DNA of 64,000 nt from the human T2T-CHM13v2.0 reference genome, Homo sapiens. Of this stretch, positions 30,836 through 45,308 are shown piece after piece (the stretch's first letter is position 1; every line of letters starts with the position of its first letter). The stretch is from NCBI RefSeq assembly GCF_009914755.1, contig NC_060927.1. One strand, given 5' to 3'. Made by a program: the position numbers and the translations under genes. The notes beneath the pieces are model-generated. The model was not told where the DNA came from, did no database searches, and saw only the letters and a list, made by a program, of their open reading frames with translations.

Positions 30836-33800
30836 CAGGCCTGAGGCCCTGGGCACAGTGACGGTGGCCTGGCCAGCCCTCGGGACCCCTCCCCACCTAA
30901 CTGCACTGAAACCATTTCTAACCACAACCCTTGGCCCAAGGACTTGGTACAGGAAGGGAGAAGGGCAGGTGGGCAGGGAGCAGACAGGGTCTGGCTTTGC
31001 CCAGAGGGCACGGGCTTTCCCACCTCTCAAAGAGACAAGGAAGCCACCTGTAAGCAGAAGCAGCATCCAAGTGCCCCTGGCCCCCCCATGTGTTGATTCA
31101 ACCCGGTTCCTCCCCCTCTCTCGGTGGGTGTGTTGTTTATTGTAACTACATAGTGTTGGTTTGATGTGGAAGTGTTTATCCACATACAAAGTACAAAACA
31201 AGCCATGAACAAGCTTCTTTCCCTTACCCCCCATCCACAATGTCTGAGCTTGGATGTCTTTTATAGATTTTTAAATTATTTTAGTGATTATTATTTTATT
31301 AAAGGGGTCTGGGCTCACTGCCTGGTGAAGTTTCAAGTGTTCAGCAGACCTCTCTGGTAACATATCTGGAATATTGTTGTTGTTTTTTAACCGAGTTTTC
31401 CCATCAGTGCCAAAACTCAACTCAATCTGAAAGTAGAGTGTCTGAGAGGACAGAAGGTAATGGGAACTGTAGCTGGAGGCCTCAGGCCATGGGTCAAACC
31501 TGGGAGGGAAAGAGACCCTACACATGGCCTAGAAATGAGAGAAGAGAGAGGTATTTACCCAGAGGATTTTCCTATGGTTGGGGATGCAAATATTAGAAAA
31601 CAGATTGTATTTTGCTGAGGGGAGTGGCTGTCATGAGCATGTCAGTTCTAAAAGGGGTTTTCATTATCCTGGAAATGTATAAACTAAAGTAAGCTGATTG
31701 GCTTTGCAAACATGTTCATTTGTTTTTCAGACAGTATGGGTTAAGTTCTCTGCCCTCCCCAGGGGTCTGAGGAGGCTCTGGGTTTCTCAGATCTGTCTCT
31801 TGCTGCGTTTTCACATCAGCTGTGCTGCTTGGTGCCTCTCTGATACGAATACACTGACACGTCAAAGTAACCTAATGTGGACACCATCCAGAAAACTCCA
31901 GTTCATGCTGGATCTTAACCAAAAATGATTCAATACTGTTATCACTAAAACAGCACCAAGACCTGAAGCCATCTTCCCTTGGAGTCAACTGACTACCACC
32001 TCTATAAGCCTAGTCAATGAGCAGACCCCTTCCAGTATTTGTAAAAGTAGTACTAGGTTGCCTTTTTGGCAATTTTTATTGACCTGTTGAATCTTGACTA
32101 TAAAATGATCTGAGAAGTAAGGAAGGCTGGGCTGATGTGTGGCTCTCATATACCTTCTGCAAGGGGGCAGTCTCCCCAGCTCCCTGATGATGCTCACCCC
32201 CGCCCCCCCACCTCAGGTGCTGCTGGTGTGAGCCAAAGACTGGAGTTTTTCCAGCTGGGGTGGGAGTGGAGAGACAACAGGAACAACGCTGCACCAAAGA
32301 AAAGGTCAGAATAAAAGGCAGCACAGCTGGTGACCTTATTTTCTAGATGTTACAAATCAGGTCACTATGCAAACTAGAATATCCTCAGCAGGTGGCCTGG
32401 CCACTCTGGAGAAAGAAACCCAAGGAAAGTGAGCACCCAACTGGATGCCAAGACACCCGGGTTCTGAAAATGTGCTGTGTTCCTACCTCGGCAAGATCAC
32501 CAGCACTGAGGGGCCCAGCTGGAGAATGATTCTGCTACAAAAGGAGACAGTTGAGACTTTTGCTTGTTGGAAATCAAACTTCTTATTTGTCTAAATTGCC
32601 CCTTTTTCTGTTCCTAAAAGGAAGGATAAGAGAGAACATTCCAGGTGAGGCACTTCAAAGTTTCCTTAGACCCTATAGTGTTAAGAGGTATTTTAAACAC
32701 TAAAAGGACAAAGCTCTTCCCAATCCTTATGCTTCCCTAAGTGGTATCTGCAGCAGTTTGTTGTGTGCAGTTTGATGGCAGCTGCAAACTGGAGGTGAGG
32801 CGGAGGAAAGGCAGGTAGGAAGGAGTAAGGATGGAGATGCTCAGAATCAAGAGCATGGCGGAGTAGGAGAAGAAGCCCTGCACACAGGGCAGTGTCCACA
32901 GCCAGAAAACTCCTGCTGGGCACCAACCACTACGAGCATACCCCATGCCCACCGTGGAGCTGCAACTCCTCGACAGCACTGAGTTTGATAGTCTCACTGG
33001 AAGCAGATCAGCTGATGTAGAACAGAGACCTCGGCCATAAAGGTGAGAAGACATAGGGATTTCAACCACACAGTTGGGACAGAAGGGACAGTGCATCTGT
33101 TCATCCATCCTGCACTTGGCCCACGTTGAACTCCATGGTGCCTGAGAGAGACTAGTTAAGGGTTGGTCTTCTGTATCCTCTGCTGTTGAGCCTCTGGTAA
33201 GCTTTCATCTCCCATGAACTCATTTCCCCATAAATGAAATGGGTAAATAATGCCCCATTTGTAGAAGTGGGCCCTCATGACTGAGGTAGCTTCCAGATAG
33301 GCCAGAGTAGAGTGTAGAGTGTGCCCCGTGACATCCCTCCATCTTCTCCTCCATTATCATCTAGCAGGGTCAGACTGGGAAACCTGGTTGGCCACGCCAC
33401 ACCATGACCGAGGAGCCAACTGGGACTTCTGGCTGTTTGACATCCTCATGTTCCCGTTGGTCTTCCGGAGAATAGTGCTACCCTCACATCCCCTGGAGCA
33501 CAGCCTTCCTGAAATGCCCTCACCCCATGCCTTTGCCATTGTGTGCTCTCAGATTTCTTCCACTGTTTGACACCCTCTTTAGAGGGCTGCTCTTTTTTTT
33601 CCAGAGATAATCCTAGCCATCCTCTCCACTCCCACGGCTGGGGACAATGGCCACTTACTACCTGTGCACTTTGCCACTCGGGACACCTGGATGGTTTCTC
33701 TTAGGACTTTGCCCACCTCCTTCTCATGGCACTTGCTGTGGAAAATGCCTGGCTGGCCTCGTGGGGCCTGTCTCACTTTTCCAGGAGACATGACCCACTA

Positions 33801-34105
33801 ACGTGGCAACTTTAACCCAAAGGCCCCTCAGACATGTTACAGCAAATCTGGAGCCACAGACAGGTTCCCTCCATTGGCAGCCCATTGTGTTTGAAATTCC
33901 ATGTCGGGTTTACTTGGAATGAAAGATACTTGAATTATTGTGCGCCTGTGAGCGCCCAGCTTCTGTTTCATAGTCTTAACAGGTGGCCATTGTCGTGAAA
34001 CGAGTGATGCCTGAAGATCTCAGTGATGTTTGAACCTTCTGTGTAACTTTTTATTAAGTCTTTGTATCTCTCGACTGATTAATAAAGAAGAGAAACACGT
34101 ATCTG
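30836..34105 (+). other. MRAS: MRAS 3'UTR (~3.3 kb; 3' end approximate)
   Basis: Alu-free sequence from the stop codon to a canonical poly(A) signal. Confidence 0.8.
34081..34086 (+). terminator. MRAS: MRAS distal polyadenylation signal AATAAA
   Basis: AATAAA with upstream TGTA and U-rich elements (34040-34066) and downstream U/GU-rich sequence. Confidence 0.82.
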
Positions 34106-34965
34106 TCTTAGTTCCTTTTACTCCAGTATTCCTGAAGTTTTGCTGAGAACATTGTGAGTTGTTGGTGTTTTGCCCAGAACATCCACGTCTTACAGAGCAT
34201 GACCTTGGTGCTAACCAGATCTGAAGTAAGGAGGAGCCCACTGGTGGCCGTGGGGTGTCTCCTTCCTGCATGGAGCTGGAGGATGAAGGCAGGCTAGCAC
34301 AGCATTTAGAGGCACTACCTCTTGATACTGGGCAGATCTGGATTTTAGCCCTACTACCGACCTTTGTATGCCTTTGGGCAAATGACCTGCCTTAGTCTTG
34401 AGCTGCCTTGCCTGTGAATGGGACACTAATGTGCACTTCAAAGTAGCTGGAGGACTAAAGCTAATGTAGGAGTGTGGTGAGGAGCCCAGAAACAGTGCTC
34501 TTTGTCCAGGACACCTATTGGATTATCTGCCTGACATTCCTTTTCATAGAAACTGCCCTCTTCCCCCATCCTTAGGGTTACAGTCTTTGGCACAATGTGA
34601 TTTCATTTTTGTTGATTAAATAGGGCGGGTACTTGACCAAGCTGAATCTCTCAGGCTCCGTTTTCCAGGGAGTACAAGCCAAAACCCTCTCTTGGTAGCT
34701 CTTTGGGCAACTCTAGCTGAAACATGTAAGCCTGGGTGCTGGAGGATGCTTCTTATGCCCTCTGGGCTGGAGGCAGAGAAGGCTAGACTGCAGACTGGGG
34801 AGAGAGGTGATATGGTGGACCACTCAGGCCTGTCTTCCTGCCCATTCATTCTTTCCACAAATATTTATTGGGCACTACCATATGCTAGGCATTGGTCTGG
34901 GTGCTAGGTATATGGTAGTGAACAAGGCAGTGGGTCTTCTAAGTCAGTTCTTTCTCCTCTAGTTC

Positions 34966-35255
34966 TATATTAGTTTCATTGTGGCTGTTGTAACAAATTA
35001 CCACAAACTTAGTGGCTTTAAAAGAGAAAAGTATTATCTCACAGTTCTGGAGACCAGAAATCAAAACTCAGTATCACTGCCCTGAAATGAAGGTGCCAGG
35101 AGGGCCTTCGCTCCTTACCTCTCCCAGCTTCTGGTAGCTGCTGGCATTCCTTGGCATGTGGCTCCATCACTCCAGTCTTCGAGGCCAGCATCTCCATATC
35201 TTTTACTTCTCCATCTTCACATTGCCTTCTCTGTGTGTGTCAAATCTCCCTCACT
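34966..35255 (-). mobile_element. MLT1 (ERVL-MaLR) LTR fragment
   Basis: TATTAGTTT...GTAACAAATTACCACAAACTTAGTGGCTT...CTCACAGTTCTGGAG. Confidence 0.75.
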
Positions 35256-35259
35256 CTCA

Positions 35260-36810
<1,551 letters not shown>

Positions 36811-38091
36811 CTAATTTTTAAGATGTGTCAGAGTGGGCTGTGCCACTGAACACTTAGTAATGGGCTGATGTTTATTAGCCACACAAAAAAAAGGATGGTC
36901 AAACATGTCCATTCATTCAGGCAGCACACACTCACTGAGCTCTGAGCCCCACATCAGGGCTGCAGAGAGCATTAAAACCTGTGCAGCACAGGGTTCCCAG
37001 CCTCATGGGGATGATGAGCTCTGGGGATCTGTGCATTAAGAGGAATGCTCTGACCTGGAGGAGCTCCCATAAATCTCAGTCCCTCATAATCCTTGTACTC
37101 AGTAGATGAAGAGGGTGTTCACTGACCAGATGAAGATTTTAGTCACATTTTGGGCCCACTACTTCCATCACTTTTGAAGATTGAAGGTTTCCCTTTCTAA
37201 AGGATGCTCAGATTCCCAGGTCCATACCAGGACTATTTTAAAGTCCACTTTCATCTCCGCACACTTCTAAAGAGGCTGTGAACCGAAGTTCCCAGGTGTC
37301 ACAGACGTCAGCATTGTCATCACCCAGGAGCTTTCTGGAAAGGCAGACTCCTGGGCCCTGTCCCAACCTGCTGAGTCAGGATCTGCATCTTAACAAGATC
37401 CCAGGAGAGTTGTGTGCACAATGAAGACAGTAGCCACTGCTCCAGAACATCAGGCCTGGCATCGAAATGAAATCCAGCCCTGGACTCACTGTTCCTCAGG
37501 ATCCGGTTCAGCTTCATCCAACCAGAGGATGCTTCATCTGCATTCATTCGATGACTAAAAAGTTCGCGCCTCTGCCTTTAACAGCTGCAAGATTCTGCCC
37601 AGCAAGGAGGAGGCAGTGAGCTCCAAGTGCCCACCCACGGTCAGCATGTGCTTCCCTTAATTATGGGAAGTTTTCACACAGAGGCAAGTGGGCTCCCAGT
37701 TTGCTTCTCAAACACTTGCATTTTGGTTAAAATGCACAACTATTGTAAATGTAAAGAACAAGAAAAAATCTAACTGCTGAGAACTCTTAGGGACTCCCAG
37801 TCCCTAAGCACTTGAAAGGGTGGCCTATTCTGTGCAAGCTGGATTTTCACTTAGCATAGCTGCTGGGCTTCCACATCATCCTAAATAGCTCATTACCATG
37901 CTAATGTGGAAATTTAAATATAAAAAAGGAAAGCTGAGTTTATACCAAGCAAAGAACTGATGGATGCTTTCAGTGGAATGTACATCCTGGCAATTATGTG
38001 CTAAACCATTAGCTCTGACTCAAATCCAGCTTCCTAGTCTCTCATCAGCCCTCCGCCTGGGCTAATGAGCAGAGGTGAAATCACTGGATAA

Positions 38092-38272
38092 GTGGCTCTC
38101 AAAGTGTGGCCCTCAGACCAGCAGCTTCCATATCCGGGGAGTTTGCTAGAAATGCAGGTTATCTGGTCCCACCCCAGACCTAATGAATCAGAAATTCTGA
38201 GGTGAGGCACAGCAATCTGTGTTGAACAACCTTCCCAGGAGACTCTGTTGCACCCTAAAGTTTGAGAACCAT
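38092..38272. mobile_element. MER5A; related MER5 copies at ~37280-37440, ~39650-39830, ~40965-41125, ~46975-47150
   Basis: AGTGGCTCTCAAAGTGTGG...TAGAAATGCAG...GAATCAGAAATTCTG...AAGTTTGAGAACC. Confidence 0.75.
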
Positions 38273-38441
38273 TTAATTAGATAAATTATTTAGGTAAAAA
38301 TAAAAGTTCTTACCACGGGAAGGTAAATTGTGGCTGGGCTTGTTCTTATCTACAAGACAGCTGCTGACTCTCTGGGCAAAGTTGTCCAGGTACTTCTTCC
38401 TTCCTTCATCTGATTCATGAGGACCCCTCAAGGTCTGGAAC

Positions 38442-38978
38442 TGTTATCAGAAAGGGGTTCTGATCCAGACTCCAAAAGAGGGTTCTTGGACCTTGCACAA
38501 GAAAGACTTCAGGGCGAGTCCATACAGTAAAGTGAAAGCAAGTTTATTAAGAGAGTAAAGGAATAAAAGAATGGCTACCCTATAGGCAGAGCAGCCCCCA
38601 GGGCTGCTGGTTGCCCATTTTTATGGTTATTGCTTGATTATATGCTGAAAAAGGGGCGGATTATTCATGCCTCTCCTTTTTAGACCATATGGGATGACCT
38701 CCTGACGTTGCCATGGCATTTGTAAACTGTCATGGCGCTGGTGAAGTGCAGCAGTGAGGACGACCAGAGGTCACTCTTGTGGCCATCGTGGTTTTAGCCA
38801 TCTTCTTTACTGCAACCTGTTTTATCAGCAAAGTCTTTATGACCTGTGTCTTGTGCCCACCTCCTGTCTCATCCTGTGACTTAGAATGCCTTAACTGTCT
38901 GGGAAAGTAGGTCTTACCCTCACTTTACCCAGCCCCCTATTCAAGATGGAGTTGCTGTGGTTCACATGCCTCTTGACA
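38442..38978 (-). mobile_element. MER41A-like solo LTR (ERV1)
   Basis: TGTTA...TGACA termini; CCATGGCATTTGTAAACTGTCATGG, CAAGATGGAGTTGC; near-TSD GAAC/GGAC; no tandem GAS segment. Confidence 0.85.
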
Positions 38979-40431
38979 GGACCCAGGTACCTCATACAGG
39001 GGTTGTTAACCTTGGCTCCATGGGGTTACAGGTGGGGTGGCTGACACCCCTCAAATCATATGCAAAATTCCGTGTATACATATATTCTTCTGGGGAGACA
39101 ATCATGTTTTAGCAGATTCTCACTGTACCGCTGAGTGTCACCCAGCATGAAAATGAACCAGCCTCTTGAACCTTCTTTTTTGACTTCAGGCCCTTCTGGT
39201 AGTTTCACAGCCATAGAGAGTGGAAAGAGGAAATGAAAGGAGCGAAGATCCATCGACTCCACAACTTCTAAGAAGCTTTAAATTGTTCACTTGGTGGACA
39301 CATCTCTGAGCTTGCTCCCACGACATCCTGAGGGAGGGGAGGCAGCCGGGCTGCCCTTCTCCTCCCAGTTCCCCAGCGTGACTAAGCGTGTAACGCACAT
39401 GACTCCCTCATCTCCACCCCTGCTGTGGTTAACACCCCCTGCCTCTCGGGCCCTCAACACCCTGGTACAAAACTAGCAAAGAGCAAAGAAAATTCAGGGT
39501 GCTGTGGCAGCTCCAGGACTACTTGGCAACCCATCACCAGGATGGGAGCCCAGCTGGGCAACGGGAGCAGAGGAGAGATGGGAGGAATGTCAAAAAAGCA
39601 CTTGAAGGCAAATGCCATCGACTCAAATTTGAATTTGTAACCACCTAGACCAGTGGTTCGCAACTCAGGCTGTACAATAGAATCACTCAGGGAGCCTGGA
39701 AAATAATTCTGCTGCCCAGACCACTCCTTCAAAGAGTCTGGTGCCATTGGTCTAGGTTAGGGCCCGGACATCAAGATGTTAAAGCTTCCCAGGTGATTCT
39801 ACTGTGCCGCCAGAGCTGAGCCCACTAGCTGGGCTGCATTTTAATCTCATCTCCTGAATACCATGCCTTCCAGTGATCATGGGTTACTAAAAAAACAGCT
39901 GCCTGGAGTAGCCACTGTCTGTAAAGCCACTCCTATAAAGGATCAGTTTCCCAGCCCTTGATGTGTAAATGGACACTTGACCATAGGGGATTCTTATATT
40001 TTCATTAACGTGGGGGATTCTTATATTTTCATTAAAGTGGGTCCCCTCAGAGTCTAGCTTGATTTGTCGGTTTTCTGGTCACAGTCCACTGTAATATCTC
40101 ATTTGTCCACATCTCTTCCATTTTTATATCCATAACCCAGGGAAGGGCCTGGTGATACAAAGTTAATACTGAATGTTTATCAAATGAATTAATAATTACT
40201 ACAGATCTCAACAGGGGCCTCCAGGCCTTAAAATCTAAATCAGATTGGCTCAAACTATCCTTCTCCATTCCCAAGCCTATGGTTTGTGGCAGTCCCAAGG
40301 CCCACTGAAGACTTCACACAGTTCTCCCAAGTCAGGTTCTCACAGGGACCTCCACTTCTGTCCATTTCACTCTGACGTTCAGCCCCTGCCTCAGTTTCTA
40401 CAAAGAAAACTCACTCTCAATAAACATTCCT

Positions 40432-40557
40432 AGCCAGGTGCAGTCGCTTGCACCTGTAATCCCAACTACTAGGGAGGTTGAGGCAGGAGGACTGCTTGAG
40501 CCCAGGAGTTTGAGACCAGCTTGGGCAACCTAGGGATACCGTGTCCCTTGAAAAAAT
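40432..40557 (+). mobile_element. Alu monomer (FLAM-like)
   Basis: GCCAGGTGCAGTCGCTTGCACCTGTAATCCC...GGGCAAC. Confidence 0.8.
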
Positions 40558-40791
40558 AACCATTCCTGAGTTTTGCTGGGGACTTGGGGGTCACAGGGAT
40601 GGTCCCTCTGCTGTCAGGGCCTCTCAGTTGGCCTTCACCCCATGCCAGACCCTCCACCAACCTGTCTTCTCCAGCACCAGCCACCCAGTAAGCTCAACAC
40701 CCATCCCTTTAGATTCTCTAAACCTCATTTGCTTTCTTTAGCCATAATCCCATAATCTCTTCCTAGAATGAAATATGGTTTCAGCTCTTAA

Positions 40792-40901
40792 TAGGATGGC
40801 CAAAACCAGTTTGCTGAGGACTGAGGAGTTTCCTGAAACACTGATCATTCATTGCTAAAACCAGGACAGTCCCGGGCAAACCAGGACCATTGGTCACCTT
40901 A
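40792..40901. mobile_element. MER81-like (hAT-Blackjack) MITE
   Basis: Internal CAGTCCCGGGCAAACCAGGAC and terminal TTGGTCACCT. Confidence 0.55.
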
Positions 40902-42205
40902 CTGGTAAGAATAAAATTCTCACCTTGTTCTATAATAATGGTACTAAGAACTATAAATTAGCTGGTGGTTCTCGACCTAGCAATCATCATCATCATAATT
41001 ACCTGGGAGTTAAAACACAGGCTTTTATGATTTAGCAGGTCTGGGGCCTGAGAAATTGCATTTCTTACAAGTTTCCAGTTGATGGGATAGTGCTGGTCTG
41101 GGACCACACTTCAAGAACCCTGAATTAGGTAATCCACATTACACATTCAACAGAGGATTTGGCATACAGTAAATAAATGCACAACAATAACTAGTTATCA
41201 GCTAACGTTTTGTTGAGCACTTACTGTAAACCAGGCACCCTGCTATTTCTACATATTACCTTATTTAAACCTCATGGCTTCCCTGAGAGGTAGGTGATGT
41301 GATGCTTGTTTTACAGAAAGGGAAACTGAGGTCCAGGGACAACCAGAAGTGACTGAGCCTGCACGTGCACCCAGTTCTGACTTGGAAGCCCACGCTCCAT
41401 TCACCAGCAGCCCCGCCACACTGAGGACTGAGCTAGTCCCAGCTAGCTGCCCCGCCCCTTTTTAATTTTAACTTTGTTTGAGGAAAATCTTTCAATGTGT
41501 CTCACACGTCCCTGCCTTCTTCCAAGTGAGCTGAATGCAGATCAACTTCCTCTGCATGACTCAACAGCAGCATTTTGAACATCAGTGACAGTCATTTTCC
41601 AGAGTGTCTGCACTGGGCCTCCTCCAGGGGCAGCCTGAGCTGTGGCCTTGGACACCACCTCCAGTTCTCTTCCTCCAGCTGCCTTTCCCAGCTCCATCTG
41701 AGAAGTCGAGGCCAGGACAACCCAGCAGTTAGCCCAGTGAGTAAGACCCAGGAGGCCTCATGTGTAGTCTGGGGGCTTCTGGACTGCAGCCCAGGGGAGC
41801 ACCCACAGCTGGGAGGCCCCTCGGCCCTGACCTTGGCCCTGCTTCCTTAGAGTCAGCCTGGTGGCTGAGGCTGCTGGAAATGGACCCTGTGATGCAAGGC
41901 ACTACAACTGACTTTCTTGTTAATATGATAGTTCTTCCCCACCACCCCTCCTCCTCCAAACCATCCAAACTTCTAGTTCCTTCTTTGTGGCTGGCATTAC
42001 TGAGATTTCTGGTATTATTGGTGCACAGAGGATGTGTGGAGTGCGGTAAGAACATAGGCTGCCTAGGTCTGGCCCAGCAATGCTGCCAGCTGATGACCTT
42101 CGGTAACTTGTCCAAGCTCTCTATGCTTTGATTGCCTCATTTGTCAAATTGGATTGATGATAACATACTTATTTTAGGGATATTGAGCTATTGTTGAATT
42201 AGATA

Positions 42206-42542
42206 CAGTCATGTGCCACATAAGGATGTTTTGGTCAAGGGCAGACCACATATACAAAGGTAGTTCCATAGATTAAAATACCCTATTTTTTCTGTCCTTT
42301 TTCTATGTTTAGATACACAAATACTTGCCATTGTCTTACAGTTGCCTACAGTATTCAGTCCAGTAACATACTGTCCAGGTTTGTAGCCTAGAAGGAGTAG
42401 GCTATCCCATAGAGCCGTGGTGTGTAGTAGGCTTTACTATCCAGGGTTGTGTAGGTGCACTCTATGATGTTCACACAATGATGAAATCACCTAAGGATGC
42501 ATTTCTCAGAATGTATATCCATCATCAAACAACACATGACTG
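42206..42542. mobile_element. Tigger3a-like (TcMar) MITE
   Basis: Terminal inverted repeats CAGTCATGTG...CACATGACTG, 5' TA target, 337 bp. Confidence 0.8.
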
Positions 42543-43752
42543 CATATACTTTCAAAATAGTGGCTGGCACACCGAAACTCTATTTAAATGTTAGCCAGGA
42601 TTCCAAAATCGAATCCGTAAATGATTCTGGAGTGTCTACTAGTAACTCCAGCCACCATTTACTCAAACAGCATGTACCAGTCATTGTGCTTTGCACGGGT
42701 CACGTCATTTAAGGCTTGGAGGAGCTAGGCACACCCCCCTTAGTTAGTGGGGTGCTCGTCTCCCAGGCCAAGCTGGCCTGTCCAGCGGTACCCCCTCTGC
42801 CTCCCTTGTGGGGCAGGCTCTGAGCTGGACATTCAGCAAGGAGGCTTAGCCTCCCCCATCCTCTGACCATAGCCCCTGCCCTGCCACCTCTCCCCTGCCT
42901 GACTCATTTCTCCTTTCCTCAGATGCTTCTTACCGAAAAAACAGCCTCCTGTTGCCCTCCTCTCCTGGGTCCCCGGGCTACTCCAAGCTCTGCTCTTGCC
43001 CAGCTCCCCTTGTCAATCAAAACAGATTCAGCCTTCACAGGAAGCAATTTGGCATCTGGTATCAAGAGGTTTAAAATCCTCTTTCCTAAAAATGCCACTC
43101 CTAGGACCCTCTCCTAAAGAAGTAATCAAAGATGCAAAGAATGATGAACAAAGGTGATCTTCACATTCATAAGATACAAAACGTTAAAGGATCTAAGTGA
43201 GCAATAATTGGAGAATGATTAGATAAATGATGCTGTACCCACGTACTGAAGGATTATACCACAAACGTGAACAGCAGAAGAAATGTTTGTTTCATGCATT
43301 TTCATCATCCTTGGATGGTAGCGTCTTTTTAAAAATCTTTGCTTAATGGAAACACAAAAGAAGGGCATCTAGTTTCTACTTTATTTTTATTTCTTTCACC
43401 CCAGTAAAGATGGACTTTTGAAGACTTGTCCATTTTTATTCCTTATAAACTGCCTATTTATGCCCTCTTCAATTTTCTGTTAATTTCATTTTTCTTATTT
43501 ATTGGTTTTATGTATTCAGTTTATTGACCACTTATATGTCATATTTATTGCAAAAATTTCCCTTAGAATGTAGTTTCCTTTTTTATTGTATTACTGATTT
43601 ATTTTTATACTATAGATGTTTAAAATTTTAAATGTCCAAAGCTATTATTTACTCCTTTATCGTTTTTGTCTTTGGTACAATGCTAATATGATCCTTTCTC
43701 ATCCAAGTATTATTATTATTTCCTTTGAATACCTTTAGGGTTACACCTTAAA

Positions 43753-44052
<300 letters not shown>

Positions 44053-44541
44053 AGATGACTTTCTATTCATAAAATAAGGGAATGGAATTGTCTATACCTC
44101 ATGCCATTATATTGAAGATTAAGTAAACTAATGTATGGAAAGCTTTAGAAACAATAACTGGCACATAGTCGTTTCTCTGTCATGGTTAGCCTATTGTTAA
44201 TTTAACTTTAATTCATTGGAAATTTATTCTGGAGTGAGGTGTGAAGGGTGTTTTAGCTTTGTGTTAAGCCAGTTGTCCCAACACCACTTTTTCAATAACA
44301 TACCCTGACCTCATCAAAAAGCCTGTGGCTGGAATGCAATCTTTTTGCTGATTCTGAGCCACATGGGGAATTCCCTTTACAGAGCTATGAGCTGGGGAGG
44401 AGGCTATTCCCAAATTCCCTGCTCATCCTCTCACTAATACTCTTCCCTATGCTAAGTTCACCATGGATTTCCTAAGGATAGGGTGTGGAGCCAAACACCC
44501 TCAGCCTGACTATTCTCTCCTTTCCCAGCCCAAGTTCAGGC

Positions 44542-45308
<767 letters not shown>

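Noticed and set aside
29198-31240. Minus-strand ORFs of 183 aa (29198-29749) and 192 aa (30662-31240) antisense to MRAS
   Set aside because: No domain similarity or supporting splice or promoter structure; partly the mirror of the coding exon
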